A stretch of 64,000 nucleotides of DNA, taken from positions 819,015 to 883,014 of the forward strand of contig MU054049.1 in assembly GCA_013239625.1 (NCBI GenBank). The letters run 5' to 3'. Below, in pieces: positions 27,841-40,530 of this stretch. Source of the stretch: Lama guanicoe (taxonomy: Eukaryota). The number at the start of each line of letters is the position of its first letter. Within the stretch, counting starts at the first letter, position 1. Below the pieces are notes generated by a model that saw nothing but the letters and a program-made list of their open reading frames with translations, ran no database searches and had not been told where the DNA came from. The position numbers and the translations under genes are program-made.

Positions 27841-29554
27841 ACACATTCTGCTGTACCTCAGAAATTGACACAATATTGTAAACTGACTCTATTTCAATAA
27901 AAAAATCAAATAATTACTTATAGCTTGTGTCATTTGCAATAAATATAATTTTCTTCTTTTTTCTATTTTCCAAGTTTGACATGACCATATGTTACCTTTA
28001 AAATAAGGAAAGTGCTATTTAAAAATTGGAGCTTGTCAAAATTATCTTTGAAACTATTAACATGCAATGTTATATTATCAGTTCGATTGGCTTAAAAAAT
28101 AAAAGAATCCAGTTGAAAGCTAACTTCACCCTGTCACCACACCATTCTTCCTATGGACAATTCTTATTGGTCCTATGGTTACAATTTTCAATAGCTCCCT
28201 ATTGCTCATGAGAACGAGTCCAAGTTTCTCAACATGACATCAACCTACCTCTCCTCTTACACACCCCCCACTCCCCTTCCTGTGACTTCAGCTCCCCTCT
28301 CTCTGAGTCTCCTGTTCTTCCGGGACATACTCGTGCCTCCCCACCTGGATTCTCATGGTCTCCTCACATCTGTGCATCACAGCAGGGAGGGGAGAGGGTA
28401 TGCTCTTGAGAAAGGACAAGTAAGCAAAGCCACAGAGTTGGGAAGGCCCAGGAAAGGGCTGCGGTGGAGGATACCCATTCCAAGCTGGCCCCTGGCCTTG
28501 GTCCTGAAGGCCAGGAACTGGGGACCTGTAGGAAGGGCTGGATTCCGAGCTGCCTTCTGCTTCTCTTTGCACTCTCTGGCCTCATATGGACAGAGACTAC
28601 TGTCTTTCTCCTCATGGTGATTCAGACGTCCAGTGGCTAATCACGGTTGGGGCTGTCCAGGAGGGTCAGCTAGCAAGGAGAATCCACCGGTCCTTGGGAG
28701 AGAATCAGGCAGCCCAGTGAACAGAAGCTTTGGAAGCTGGGAGCAAAGAGGCCACAGCTGATCTGCACAGGCAAGACAGTGGCACAGGAAAAGCTCACAA
28801 GTGGTGGAGCCAAGGGTGGTACCCATGGCCAGGTAAGTGTTTTAGCATGCCCCCTCCATCCACCACTGCCATCCCAGTGAGAGACCAAGACCTTTAGAGG
28901 CTGGCCTCTGGCTTTCTGCTACATGGCATGTCGTTGATTTGGCAAAATTATGAGCAAAGTGAATAAGTGAGTTCAAGTTAACTCCAAAGAATCTTCTGTT
29001 TGCCCCAATTCCTTAAACATTTCAGTTAAAATCAAGTTCAGGTTCCCCAATAATCACCTCCAGAATGTATGGGGAGAGAAAGAGAAAAAAAGGAAATGAG
29101 GGAGGGTCAGAGAAAGAGAAAGAGATAGACAGAAAGAGACAGAAGCAATACACAATCAAGAATTCAAAGTGTTTTACGTAAAACTCATTGTAACCATTGT
29201 GTGTATCTGTGTATAAAATATATAGCATCAGCTAGCATTTTATCCGAAAGAACCATACTTCAGAGGAAATGACAGTATTTCTGCAATGAATATGCCATTA
29301 AACTTCATTTTGTTAAATAAAAAAAAATTTAAAAAAAAGAAAGAGACAGAAACAGAGACAGGGAGCAGAGACAGAGAGCTGACCGAGAGAGATCAAGGAT
29401 GGGGCGGGGAACGCTTCCCCTGTGCTGGCTGACTCTCCTGTCCTCTCCGAGGCATGTCATAAAATGGCATTGCTGCTCCTTTTTTTTTTTTTTTAAACAA
29501 AGCTGCCAAGCTATTTGTGGTTAGATAACAATTTAAAAATTAATTCAATCTAAG

Positions 29555-30050
29555 GGAGTAAAGTACTGATGTGTGCTATGCTGTGGATGAACCTCAGAAA
29601 TGACATTCCAAGTCAAGAAGCCAGACACGAAAGGACACATGTTGTATCTGGAATTTGTAAGTCTATAGAGACAGAAAGGCTCCCAGGGGTCAGGGAGGTA
29701 GGGGGTGATGCTTCATGGTATGGGGGTTATCTGGAAGGTAATGAAAATTTTTTTGGTGGGGGGGTAGGTAATTAGGTTTTTATTTATTTATCTTTAATGG
29801 AGGTGCTGGGGATTGAACCCAGGACCTTGTGCATGCTAGGCATGTGCTCTACCACTGAGCTATACCCTCCCCCCAAAAATGTTTTGGAACTAGAGAGAGT
29901 TGGTAGTTGTGGGACATCTTGAAGGCTGTTTTTCAGGCAGGCATAGACCAGCTCCCAAGTTCAGAGGCAAGGGCTGTGCCATCAGTGCACCACTGAACTA
30001 ACCGTTCACTTGAAAATGGTTCATTCTATGTGAACTTCACTGCAATAAAA
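29555..30050 (+). mobile_element. L1MC/MB-type 3' end carrying a SINE and a templated insertion
   Basis: tggatgaacctcagaaa...gaagccagacacgaaaggacacat...ccactgaacta...aaaatggtt...caataaaaa. Confidence 0.75.
29748..29874 (-). mobile_element. tRNA-Ala-derived SINE (camelid Vic-1 type)
   Basis: Minus strand reads GGGGAGGGTATAGCTCAGTGGTAGAGCACATGCCTAGCATGCACAAGGTCCTGGGTTCAATCCCCAGCACCTCCA (A and B boxes), then a (TAAA)n/CCTAATTACC tail and A-run. Sits inside an L1 3' end with aaaat on both sides. Confidence 0.85.
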
Positions 30051-30517
30051 ATCTAATTCAATCAAAGTCTTTAAATTCCGGTATTTCATGCACATTTGTC
30101 CTTTTCTCAAAGGATTAGCATCTGTACTCTGAAGCCGGGGGAGATCTGCTCCACCGTGGAAATCTGGTGGCTGCAACCTTCCACAAAAGAAAGTGACTTT
30201 CCCTTTCAACTCAGATGATGCTATAAACCCAGCTGAGAGGAAAATTATCTGGAGATTTTACAGATTCCCCCCACAATGCATTAGGACTGAACAGAGTTAA
30301 AGGTTAATCTCAGCTGCTCCCCATCCCCTACTGCAGAAACGGAGCTCCAGAGAGGTTAAACGTGCTAGAAGGACAGCACGTGTCCAGCCCAGAGTCAATC
30401 CTGGCGACCTGGCTTTAAGAACATAGAGATTGTTCTCTATGCGGACACCCGTGCAGACGAGCTCAAAGGCTGCCTGCAGCCTGAGGTCTCCCTGCACGTG
30501 GTCTGGTGGCGCCCGGG

Positions 30518-30680
30518 CCTGGCTGCATGCTAGGCTCACCTGGGACCTGAAAATATGCTGATGTCTGGGACCCACCCCACACCAGTTACGCCTGGATCTC
30601 CAGTACTCAGAAATGCCTGGGGATTTTTTTTAAAAAGCTCCTGCATGATTCTAATTTACAGCCAGGTTGAGGACCACCCA
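30518..30680. mobile_element. MER5-type hAT MITE
   Basis: ctggctgcatg...tcacctggg...aaaagctcctgcatgattctaatttacagccaggttgaggaccac. Confidence 0.7.
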
Positions 30681-32954
30681 CTGTATTTCACCCACTAGTA
30701 TCTGGGATTTCAATCATCACCTGAAGGTGCCCAGGTCCAGAGAAACAAGATGTCCCTGCACAACCCCTCAGCCAGCACCTGCATGACCACGCAGAGGGTT
30801 GTCCCACTTTGTCTACCTCCTGGGCACATCACCGAGGGCTACTAAACATCCTCATTGTTTCTGAATTAACTGCTTGCCTGGATTGTTTCCAGGAAAGATA
30901 CAGGGAAGCCTCCGGATGCTCAGCCTTTCCCCTTACTGAACTTGCCTTTTACACCCGCGGTCTGTGGGCACAGCGGTCCTTACAGACTCTGAATGTCATC
31001 AGGGCCCTACGCCGCTGCATTCAGGGACCCCAACAACTGCGGTCGTGCTGAAGGCTGTTTCTCAGGCAGACATGGACCAGCTCCCAAGCTCAGGGGCGAG
31101 GGCTGTGCCATCAGTCAGTGCCCGGGTCCTGACCACAGACACCCCTAGGTGCTCTCAGCCCACAAGACCAGGACAGCTCCTTTGGGTGCCTCAGGTGACC
31201 CCATCCCTCAAGCTAGAAGCCAAGAGCAAAGGTAATCATACTCCACAGAGAACAAAACAAAATTCTTACCGAAATATCTGGCTGCAAACGTTCTTCTTTT
31301 GCTGGAAGCTGTCGGCAGCATAATGAGGCTGGCAGTCTATGTGCAAATTTCTTGTATATCCTTTTTATAAAGAACCAACCACATCCTCAGGCAGACAGGC
31401 TAATTCCTGTTTTCCAGTAACAGATCAGCATCTATAGAAAAGAAGTATATTTAGAATGCCCTTTATCTGGTGTTTTCTTGGATTTTCAACAAGAAGCCTC
31501 GCTGTGAGCAATTAGTCCCTTAAATGCAAGTGTACCCAGGGATCATGGAATGGCCTTGGGCAAGTCACAGACCTCTGGGTATCAGTTCCTCGAGTCTGTA
31601 AAATGGAACAATAATGAGCCACCCATCAGAGTGAATGCAGGGTCAATGAGATGGTGGGCGAAGAAGGCAACCCCCCGACCCCCGATATCAGATGCTACAT
31701 TTGATCTTTTCAATCAACTGGCCTGGATTTGCAAAGTCAGCCGTGTTTTCCAGAGCCTTGAAGACAGACAGAAACGATAACCTGCAAACGTGCAGCATGA
31801 CCTCCAGGATTTCCAGGCCCCTCAGCTGATGCGTATGGCAGTCCTTTAAGTGGAGAGATGGGGGACACGGACCCCACCCCCAGATGGAGGAAGAAAGTTC
31901 CAGCAATACCCCAGGCAGACCCTCACCCTGATACACTGACTGCAAACAGTGCAGCTTCTCATTCTATTTCTGGAACTTCAGCATCATTATCACATAATTG
32001 ACAGTTGTGGAAAGTGGAAAAGAAAACTCCCAATTAGGAAACAGCCCAGTGACGCTGATGCAGCCATCAACGGCATTGACACGGCGGTCCTGGCAATCTA
32101 AGGGAAAGGCAGCTCCAAGGGGGTGGCATTGTCCCATTTAAATACATACGGAGTTTACAGAGGCAGAGAAGCAGCTCCTGGGGAGACACCCACCAGAATG
32201 TTCTTCCAACCACCCTTCTTGTCTCCTTTGCTCCCCTGCCTCTGCTGTGTTGAACTTGGATTGTGTTTGTGATGATAGAACCAGTCACTGTTCAGCACAT
32301 AAAACAAGCACAGCTGGCACTCACTGTGGGCGTGTCCCTTCCACCCCGGGTACCGGGTACCGGGCTGCTGGACAGCGCTCAGCAGGAGGCGCTCGGGCAG
32401 GGGGCCTCCTGCTCCCGGCCTTGGCAACCCCATCACAGCTCCTGCTGCTGCTGTTCTGAGGGGACCACAGGGGACAGTACAGCGGAGGGGCCAAGCTGTG
32501 CTCTGCGGAGGGACCTGGGGCAGCTGAGGGCAGAAGCTGGCAGGTGAGGGTGAAACTGCTAGAGGAGAACAACAAAGCCCCAACCAGAGATGCCAGCATG
32601 CCCTCAGGCCCAAGCGAATGGTGGTTTGGCTTGCCAAAGGGAAGCCGGGACAAAGTGCAGAGTGAGAAGAGAGATGGAGCCTGAAGCACGGAAGCAGTGA
32701 AGGAGCACAGCCAAGGAGCTAGGGGAGCATCAAGCCTGAGAATTGGGACAGACCTCGGAGACCCTTAGGGACAGGGTGACATCGGCCTGTATCCTCTAAG
32801 CACGCAGGACTAGCAGGGTGATGGGGGAGTGGCGTGAGAGGCAGAAGCCCACCACATGATCTAATACAGTAGGGGCTTCAGAATTAAAAACTCTGGGTCC
32901 ATGTCCAGGTTTTTTCTTTTTCTAGTAGTGTAAATCTGGACATGCAGCTGAAAT

Positions 32955-33137
32955 AGGGTTACCAGATTTAGCAAATAAAAATACGGAATGCCCAGTTATA
33001 TTTTCAGTGTAAGTGTGTTACAAATATTTCATGGACCATAGCATCTACTATAAAGGTATTCACTGTTGATATTCATTGTTGCTAACTTATCTGAAATTCA
33101 GATTTAACTGGGTGTTCTGTATTTTATTTGGCAACTT
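32955..33137. mobile_element. MER53 palindromic MITE
   Basis: agggttaccagatttagcaaataaaaatac...gtattttatttggcaact; inverted termini. Confidence 0.8.
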
Positions 33138-33149
33138 TATACCTTCTGA

Positions 33150-33720
33150 GTATCCATTTTATCTTTGGTCAAAAGAAGATAATCAGGTAAAAGTCTTTCC
33201 ATTGCTGGAAACAAAAAAGACAATTAAAATTGGCTTAAAAGATAAGGGGGGATTTTTTTGGCTTCTTTGGTGGGAAAGTCCTCATGATGTGGACTTCAGG
33301 CATGGCTAGATCCAGCAGCTTGACAATGTCAACAAGGGGTTTTTTTTTCCCCCCAGTTCTCTTGTTTGCTTCCTAGGATGTCTGTTTCATCTTCAATGAG
33401 ATTGCTTTATTATTAAAAAATGCTGGACACCTGCTTCAGAAGCTAATATTTCCTCTATGTTTAGGAGGAAGGAAAAAACATATCTCCTAGTGTCTCTCTC
33501 AGGAGTGCTGGTAAGCTTTCCCTCTCTACTTTCCCAAACATCTCTCTCCTCATGGCCTTGACTGGGCAACCAATCCATCCCTGGAACAATCTTGGTGGTT
33601 GGGGACTGAGATGTACTGATTGGCTAAAGCAACCCAGTCTCATCCCAGGAGCTGGGTGCAGTTGGCTTCCACAAGGCACCTTGGCTGGTATAGAAAAGGG
33701 GTAGATGCTAAAATAGATAC
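33150..33720 (-). mobile_element. Old MLT1 (MaLR) LTR
   Basis: aaattggcttaaaagataaggggg...cttcaggcatggctagatccagcagct...ctgattggctaag signature. Confidence 0.6.
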
Positions 33721-33817
33721 CAGGGCACTATGATCAAGGGGAGGCAAGGACGGTTCCAAAAATGCAATGCTCACTGCAAGTTGCTTGAAGAGTAAGGTAA
33801 ACGAGGCTGACCCCCAG

Positions 33818-33823
33818 GCGCGC

Positions 33824-33855
<32 letters not shown>
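33818..33855. repeat. (GC)4(GT)15 alternating purine-pyrimidine microsatellite
   Basis: Direct reading. Confidence 0.95.
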
Positions 33856-33860
<5 letters not shown>

Positions 33861-35388
33861 TAGTTCTTCCCCTTGGACATGTTGATGGCTCTTTCTTTCC
33901 TAGCCCCTACCCGTCTCCTGGTTAGGGCTATGCCCCAGTCTCAGCTCTGCTATCACAGAACAAAGGGGCCTCCCTGGGAGACAGTGAGCGGGGCCTCTGT
34001 CCTGGCTGTGCCACGTGCCTTGGGCAGGTCCCTGACCCCCACTGCCCATCGACATCACAGGGGTGTGAGTATGTGTGTCTGTGAGTGCTGAGGGCAGGAT
34101 CGTACCAGGAGGGCTCTGGATGGAGAAGTGACCTTCGCTGACCTCAGCCTGCAGCGGGGATGACAAGGCCCTAGGGCGCAGGTATCTGCTTTGGGGAAAA
34201 CATGGGTAGAAGGGCAGGAATGGTGGGCTCCGCTCTCCAGCTGGGGGAGGACCACCTCAGGGCCGAGGGGCAGGAGAAGGACACCCAATCACCCACCCCA
34301 GCCCTGCCCTTGCTTGCCCCTCATCCACCTTTCTGGGCAGTAGCAGGCCACAGCCCCACTAAACTCAGCACAGTAGGGGCACAGCACCCAGGCCTGCCAG
34401 GCAGCACCGTGCAGGGCAGTCGTGCAGAGCGAACTGGGGAATGACTCAGCCAGGAGCAGCTCTGGTCGGCACTGGCCACACGGCAGATGGGCTCACCATG
34501 GGGATGGGCGTGGGGAACACCAGGTCTTCCTGGACTCGGGCCAGGGTGCCCTGTCCGTGGGCACCACCCTACTTACAGACTTTATTAATAATGACAGCTG
34601 GCACTTAGCAGGCACCAACTAGGGACCAAACACATTAACCCGACAGCACCCAGAGGTGACTACTACAGTGGAATTGTGAGTCACCCCAAGTCACACGGTT
34701 TAACATGGAGGAGGTGGGGGGGATTCAACGTCAGATTGCTCTGACATTCACTGCCACTCATTGTCCAAGCTCGGACAAATGGCCCGGGTCCTGGGTCCTG
34801 GGCTGGCCCAGCTACACGTTCGCCCTATGGTTCCTCATTCATCCGCCACAGGGCCCCTGGCTGCCAGTGTGTGTGAGCACGGGGCAGAGAGCACCCCGTC
34901 ACCGGGTGGGCATCTGAGCTCAGGCAGGCGAGGGTGGCCCAGGCTTCCAGGAAAGTTGCCTGGGTGTTGCCCCTCCGGGGTCTGCTCACCTGGTACCGGG
35001 GAGCCGGACACCTCCTTCTCCGCTGCCCAGAGCCTGCCTGGGGATCCCTCCTCAGGGCACTGCCTGGAGGGAGCGCTGGGGCTCCCTGCCCCCTCTTCTC
35101 ACCCCGCGGCGGCCCCGCGGAGGCCTTGGCCCTGCCCCCGGCCCCCATGTGACCAGCGGGCAGGGAAGGCGGGCAGGACCAGGAGGAAGCTGCCCAGGCC
35201 GAACATCATCAGTCAGATCCATGCTCCCTGGCTCCTTGGTGCCTCTGGGGATGGTGCGCTGATGGCCCGCGAAGAGGCTGCAGCTGCCCTGGCTCGGAAA
35301 CTGTTTCCCGGGTGAGGCCGACCTCTGCCAGGAAGGGCTGGGGCAGGGCGGCTCACGGTCGCCGGCCTGGGGTTTGACTTGGTGCAGA

Positions 35389-35402
35389 GCGCCCCCTGGC
35401 GG
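35389..35402 (-). promoter_or_regulatory. CTCF core motif
   Basis: Minus strand CCGCCAGGGGGCGC, a close match to the CTCF core consensus. Confidence 0.7.
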
Positions 35403-36029
35403 GCACCGGCGGGCACCGCCTCCCACGGCCCTGGACAGCTGCCTCCCTCTCAGCCCATCCCCGTGTCCCTCAGCCACCAGCGCCAATTCGCCCCATCCTC
35501 ACCTGTAGCCTCACCTTCCCTGGGGCCATGAGAGGCTCACAGGGTGAGCGGGATTCCTGAGGCTTCCTATACTGTCTTCCTCCGTACTGTCTTCCTCCAA
35601 GCAGCCGAAATCCGCGCAGCTGAGCCAGTCCTGTCCTAAGTACGGGGAGGAAGTTGGGGCTGGAGAAGTCATTAGCGGGGGAGGAGCCCTCAGGTTGCAG
35701 AGGGAGGAGCTGAGCCACTCTCCAAGATTCCAGCATCGCCCAAATCTCCGCACTCTGTGGAATGGGAAACAGGTCAGAAGGGTTCAGAGCATTTCCCAAG
35801 GTGGCAGGCTGGGCCTGGGTAGTTGCTGGCACAGGTAAGGAGGCACACGTCCTGCTGCAAGCCCAGAGCTCAGGGCTCCTAAGGAGCAAGGTGTAGTGTC
35901 CTGCCCTTGGACCTTCCTACCGAGGACTCGGAAAGCAGCAGAGTAGGTCTTCTCTGCGCTTGCGCGGAGGAGGGCTACTCCTCTGTGCAGGTTGCTGGCG
36001 GAGGCGGTGGAGTCGACCAAAGTCGAGTT

Positions 36030-36190
36030 AGAGTCCGGCCGTGGACACTTCTTAGCTGGGTCACCGGGTAAGTTACACTCTCTCTCTGCACCCCATTCCT
36101 CATCTGTAAAATGGGGATAATAATACTGCCGACTCCGGGCTCTGTGAGGATCGAGTGAGGCAAGTCCTGCAAAGAGCCCAGCTAAGTACT
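36030..36190 (+). mobile_element. MIR SINE within CpG-rich region
   Basis: Core ttcctcatctgtaaaatggggataataatac...tgtgaggat. Confidence 0.8.
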
Positions 36191-36469
36191 CAGAGCTAGT
36201 CTTCACGTCCACGATGCAGCGGCACTTCATAAAGGCCCAGGAAGGGCTCTTTCCCTCCCCCTTCCTCCAGCAGCAGCAGCGGTGCTAACCGGGCAGTGCT
36301 TAGTTCTCAAACTGAGATTTCTGCAAAATTGAATAAATTCTGCATTTTAATTTAACACGATAAATGAAAAAGTAAGCTCTATGTAGAAGGTGAGATGACG
36401 GCCATAGAATCAAACAGCCCCAGGTGATTTTAATGCTGGAGGTTCATGTTTGTGTTTAAAATCAAATTG

Positions 36470-36483
36470 ACAGCAGGTGGCAG
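36470..36483 (+). promoter_or_regulatory. CTCF-like motif
   Basis: ACAGCAGGTGGCAG. Confidence 0.4.
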
Positions 36484-37969
36484 AGAACGTGCCTGTCAGT
36501 GTTTTAGCACATTGGACCTGGTGAAGTGGGTCTTTGGGGGAGCCAGCAGCCAGATTGTGGCTGCCTCTTGGGAAAATTTTCTGGGACCTCCCCGGTTACC
36601 AGGTTGGAACCCACAGTTTTCACCAAGAATTGGTTACCACCAGTAAGCCGACTGTCTTCTGTGGAGTTAGGGTCCTGTGTAAGGGCTTGGGAGCCCCCAG
36701 CTATCAGGGTGGCCACACAGTAATCCTCTGGAGGCCGCTGCTCAATGAGCCATTGAACCCAGCAGTCACAAATTCAGCCAGAACCACTCTATAGATTACC
36801 TTTAATTGAGAGTTCTTAGCAACGCTGTTTTGTTTTTGTAGTTGTTATAAGTTATAAGCTTTGGAAGGCCACCTATGGTTTTATGTGTGTAAATATTGAC
36901 ATTGATGCTGGAGCCCAGGGATTGTTTCCTGCCTTCTTTTAAACAGGACTTCCCATTATTGGGTAAAAGAAACTAATGTGGGTACTGAGCAATCATGACT
37001 GTAATTGGCAACTATGGCCACAAGATGGCACTCTCCGCACACCGCTTCTGGCATTACTGGCTTTTCCAGCTGCGCACTGCCTCCAGTCTGAGGAGGCCCT
37101 TCCAGGGATGAGGGGCTTTGTTGGTCCCGGGGGTTCAGGGGAGCCTCCTGCACAGCACCCATGGGAAGCACATATTTCTTGAGGATTCAGGGCTGGAAAT
37201 AGGATGAGGCAAATAAGGCATCCAAGGTGCAAATTTTAAGTAGGCAGTGAGGGCCTCACTTGCCTTGTCCCCGTCCAGGCCGTGGGGCATGGCCCCTACG
37301 ACTTTAGGAGAGAGGAGGATGCTTGACCCAGCTCTCTGGTCAGGTAGGACCCTCCTACCTGGGGCACTCAGGCCCCTTGTCTCCCCCAGAGGGTCCAGCC
37401 AGGATGAACAGCTGTACTTTCTGGGAGAAATGGACAAGGCGCTGCCCGCTCCCCAACCCCACCTGGAGTCAGAGGCAAGTGTGAGGGTGCAGGCCAGCCA
37501 CGGAGAGGCCAGCGGGGTGTGGCGGCCACCCTGGAGGCCCCTCTCCTGCCTGCGGCTTCAGCTTGTCTGGCTCCCACTGAGATAGCGGGGAGCAGCTGTG
37601 CTCCAACAGAGGCACAGAGGTCCTGCACCTGTGGCAGGTGTGTGTCCGCCGGGGGCCTGGGTCTTTGGTGGGTCAGCAGTGTGGCCCCTGGGAGCGGGGT
37701 GAAGAGAGCTGATCCAGGGAGAAGGCATGGCATGCCAGGTGAACAGGGGATTGAAGAAACTGGCAAACATTTTGGTAAGTCTGAATTGTCATTATGCAGA
37801 AAAGAAATGAGTCATGAATGAATGTGGGGGGCGTGAAGGACGGGGTGGAACTAAAATCACATGTGACACAGTAACCAGTGCTGAACACAGTCACGTGATG
37901 ACAAGGTTGGGGCAAATCAGAGCACTCAGACTCCTGGGTACCGGGGCTCTGGTTTTAGATGAGCTCCGT

Positions 37970-38460
37970 CCAGTACAGAGCCAGTGCGAGCCACCTTGCA
38001 AATTAAAACCTTTTCTAGCAGTCACCTTGAAAAAAGAAGCTGGGGAAATTAGCTGAATAATATGTTTCATTTAATGCAATATATGCAAAATTTTATCATT
38101 TCAACATTTAATCAACATAAATATTATTACTGTAACATTTTATATTCTTTTTTATACTGTCTCCCAAAATCTGGTGTGTTGGTTACATTTATTGTACATC
38201 TCAAAGTGGATGCTAAACTTCCATTGGAAATATTTTATCTTATATTGAGATTTCACAAAATTTAGAGTTGAAAGAGATGATTCACCTACCCAAATTGTTC
38301 CAAACATCTGTAAAAGCTTTTTAATAACTGTGTTGTGTAGCAGTTTTAAAATGTAAATTAAAATCAATTAAAATGAAATGGAATTGTTTGGTTGATCCCA
38401 TTTTAAATGCTCAATGGCCACAAGAGGCTAGCAGCCCTACTGTGTTGCACAACGTAGCAC
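37970..38460 (-). mobile_element. MER33/Charlie-type hAT element
   Basis: aaaattttatcatttcaacatttaatcaacataaat...aaatgctcaatggccaca. Confidence 0.65.
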
Positions 38461-38469
38461 TTGACTTTT

Positions 38470-39765
38470 TAAAGTCAAGCATGCAGGTTAAAATTTTAAG
38501 AGTAACAAGTAATGAATAGAAGTAGGATGTATAATTTTCAAACCAGTAGAGGGAGATAAAAGGAAAAAAAAGATAACTTAATAAATTCAAGAAGAGGAAG
38601 AAAGGAAGGAAAAAACCTTAAAAGGAAAAATCATGATAAATGAAAAGACCAAAGAAGAAAGTAAAAAATAGGTATAAATATACCAGTAGAATCATGGTAA
38701 ATGTAAGCAGATTAAGCTCACATATTTAAAGAAAGATTGCACTTACTACTATATATAAGACAGATAAATAACAAGTTTCTTCAGTATAGCACAGGGAATT
38801 CTATTCAATATATTGTAGCAACCTATCATGAAAACAAATATATGTATGTATACGTATGCTGTACACCAGAAACGGACACAACATTGTACACTGACTATAC
38901 TTCAATTTAAAAAAAACTCGAAGAAAAAGAGATATTTAGGTTTGACTTAAAAACTCAAATCATAATTGTTTGCCGAGAGAGATACCTAAAACACAAGAGC
39001 CGAGAAATATTGAAAATAAATGAATTGAAAATGATACACAGTCAAATAGGAGCTAAAAGAAAACTTTGTAGTAATATTAATATGAGATCAGATAAAGGAA
39101 GAGGTTTATTGAGGGTAAAGATTGTTTTTACAAGTGATAAAAGGAACAATTCACAGAGATACAAAAGTCTTGAATCTATACACACCCAAACAACAAAGCC
39201 TGAAAGGAAAAAGACAAGCAAACGCAGACCTATGATGTAATGAGGAGAAACGGACAAATGCATGACATTCGTGGCAATGTTCTGATGATACTCTCAGAAG
39301 CTGACAGAGGAACAGAACAATAAGAAATTCATCAAGAAGTACTAATAAGCAATAAGCAAGCTTGATACAATAGATACACAGAGAAGTCTTTGATCGTGCG
39401 ACGTTTATAGAAATTGAGCACGCATCATTTCACAAAGGAAGGTTCAACAAATAAACACTAGAGAATCCACAGTATTCAAAGTTCTCTAATTTCAACACAA
39501 TAAAATTAGACATTAATGACAAAAAAGACAGGTAAAAATAAAAGTATTTCTGAACACTGAAAAACATCGTGAATTTATGTCTCGAAGGAATTCCTGGAAT
39601 TATGAAATATTTAGAATTGGATGCAACACAAACACCTTGGAAGACTTATAAACAGCTAGTGTGATACTTTGAAGGAAGTTTAGGACATTAAATACGTACA
39701 TTAGAAAACAAAAAAGCTGCAAATTAGCTCAGCATCAACTAAAGACATTAAGGAAAAGACAACAT
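38470..39765 (+). mobile_element. Very old L1 (ORF2 5' part) with a younger L1 3' end at ~38745-38915
   Basis: A-rich ORF2-like sequence; inner piece tatagcacagggaattctattcaatatattgtagcaacctat...actgactatacttcaatt. Confidence 0.65.
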
Positions 39766-40142
39766 GTGACGACAGGTTTCTTTTCTTTCCAAGTTCAGCT
39801 TCGAAGCGGGTTGGAGAAATGGGTTCTCCATGCTCTATGCGATTTCTAACTGCTGGGGGTCTCCAGGGCTCAGGCCTGCGCTCTTTCTCTTGTGCACGTT
39901 CTCTCCAATTATCTTACTTATTTCTACAGTTTTAAAATATCATCTGATGAGTCCCAAATTGATGGCTGCAGACAGGGCCTCACCTCTAAGCTGCAGGCTT
40001 CCTTTTCTGACTGCCGCCTTGCCCTCACTGGTTGGCGTCTCAAACCTAACGCGTCTAAAACTGGTGCCCCAACCTCTCCCAAGCTTGCTCCTCCTCTCTG
40101 TGTCCGTAAGTGTTACTGCTTTAAGCAGAAAGAGCTCATTTG

Positions 40143-40530
40143 TTTTTAACTGAAGTCCAGTCAGTTTATAATGTTGTGTCAACTTCTGGTGTACGGCTTA
40201 ATGTTTCAGTCATACATGTACATGTATACATTCATTTTCATATTCTTTTTCATTATAGGTTACTACAAGATATTGAATAGAATTCCTTGTACTATACAGC
40301 ATAAACTTGCTGTTTATCTATTTTGTATATTAGTATCTGCAAATTTCAAACCTTCAATTTATCCCTTCCCACCCCTTTCCCTCCCAGTAACCGTAAGTTT
40401 GTTTTCTATGCCTAAGAGTCTGTTTCTGTTTTGGAAAAAAGTTCATTTGTTTGGCTGGTTTTTTGGTTTTTGGGTTTTGGGTTTTTTTAGATTCTGCATG
40501 TAAGTGATATCATATGGTATTTTTCTTTCT
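40143..40530 (-). mobile_element. L1 3' end (lineage-type)
   Basis: ttttaactgaag...ttacaagatattgaatag...taaccgtaagtttgttttctatg...tttagattc. Confidence 0.85.

Larger units (their letters stand above)
34940..36250. promoter_or_regulatory. CpG-rich / CpG-island-like region, candidate promoter or enhancer
   Basis: Visibly high GC with many retained CpGs (ccgcggcggccccgcgg, gtcgccggcc, tgcgcttgcgcgg) compared with the flanks; observed/expected CpG ratio not computed. Confidence 0.55.

Noticed and set aside
29798..29872. tRNA-Ala-like sequence
   Set aside because: It is the head of a SINE, with a SINE tail and A-run, inserted in an L1; not a tRNA gene.
28780..32550. Isolated consensus splice donors (CAG|GTAAGT at ~28830, CAG|GTGAGG at ~32543)
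   Set aside because: No coherent exon chain or coding frame can be built; cannot be distinguished from chance without RNA data.
32955..33137. Possible miR-1302-type hairpin from MER53
   Set aside because: The segment corresponding to the mature miRNA looks heavily diverged; no support beyond the transposon palindrome.
34761..35315. 184-aa Pro/Gly/Ala-rich ORF and overlapping ORFs
   Set aside because: Expected by chance in GC-rich sequence depleted of stop codons; no homology recognised.
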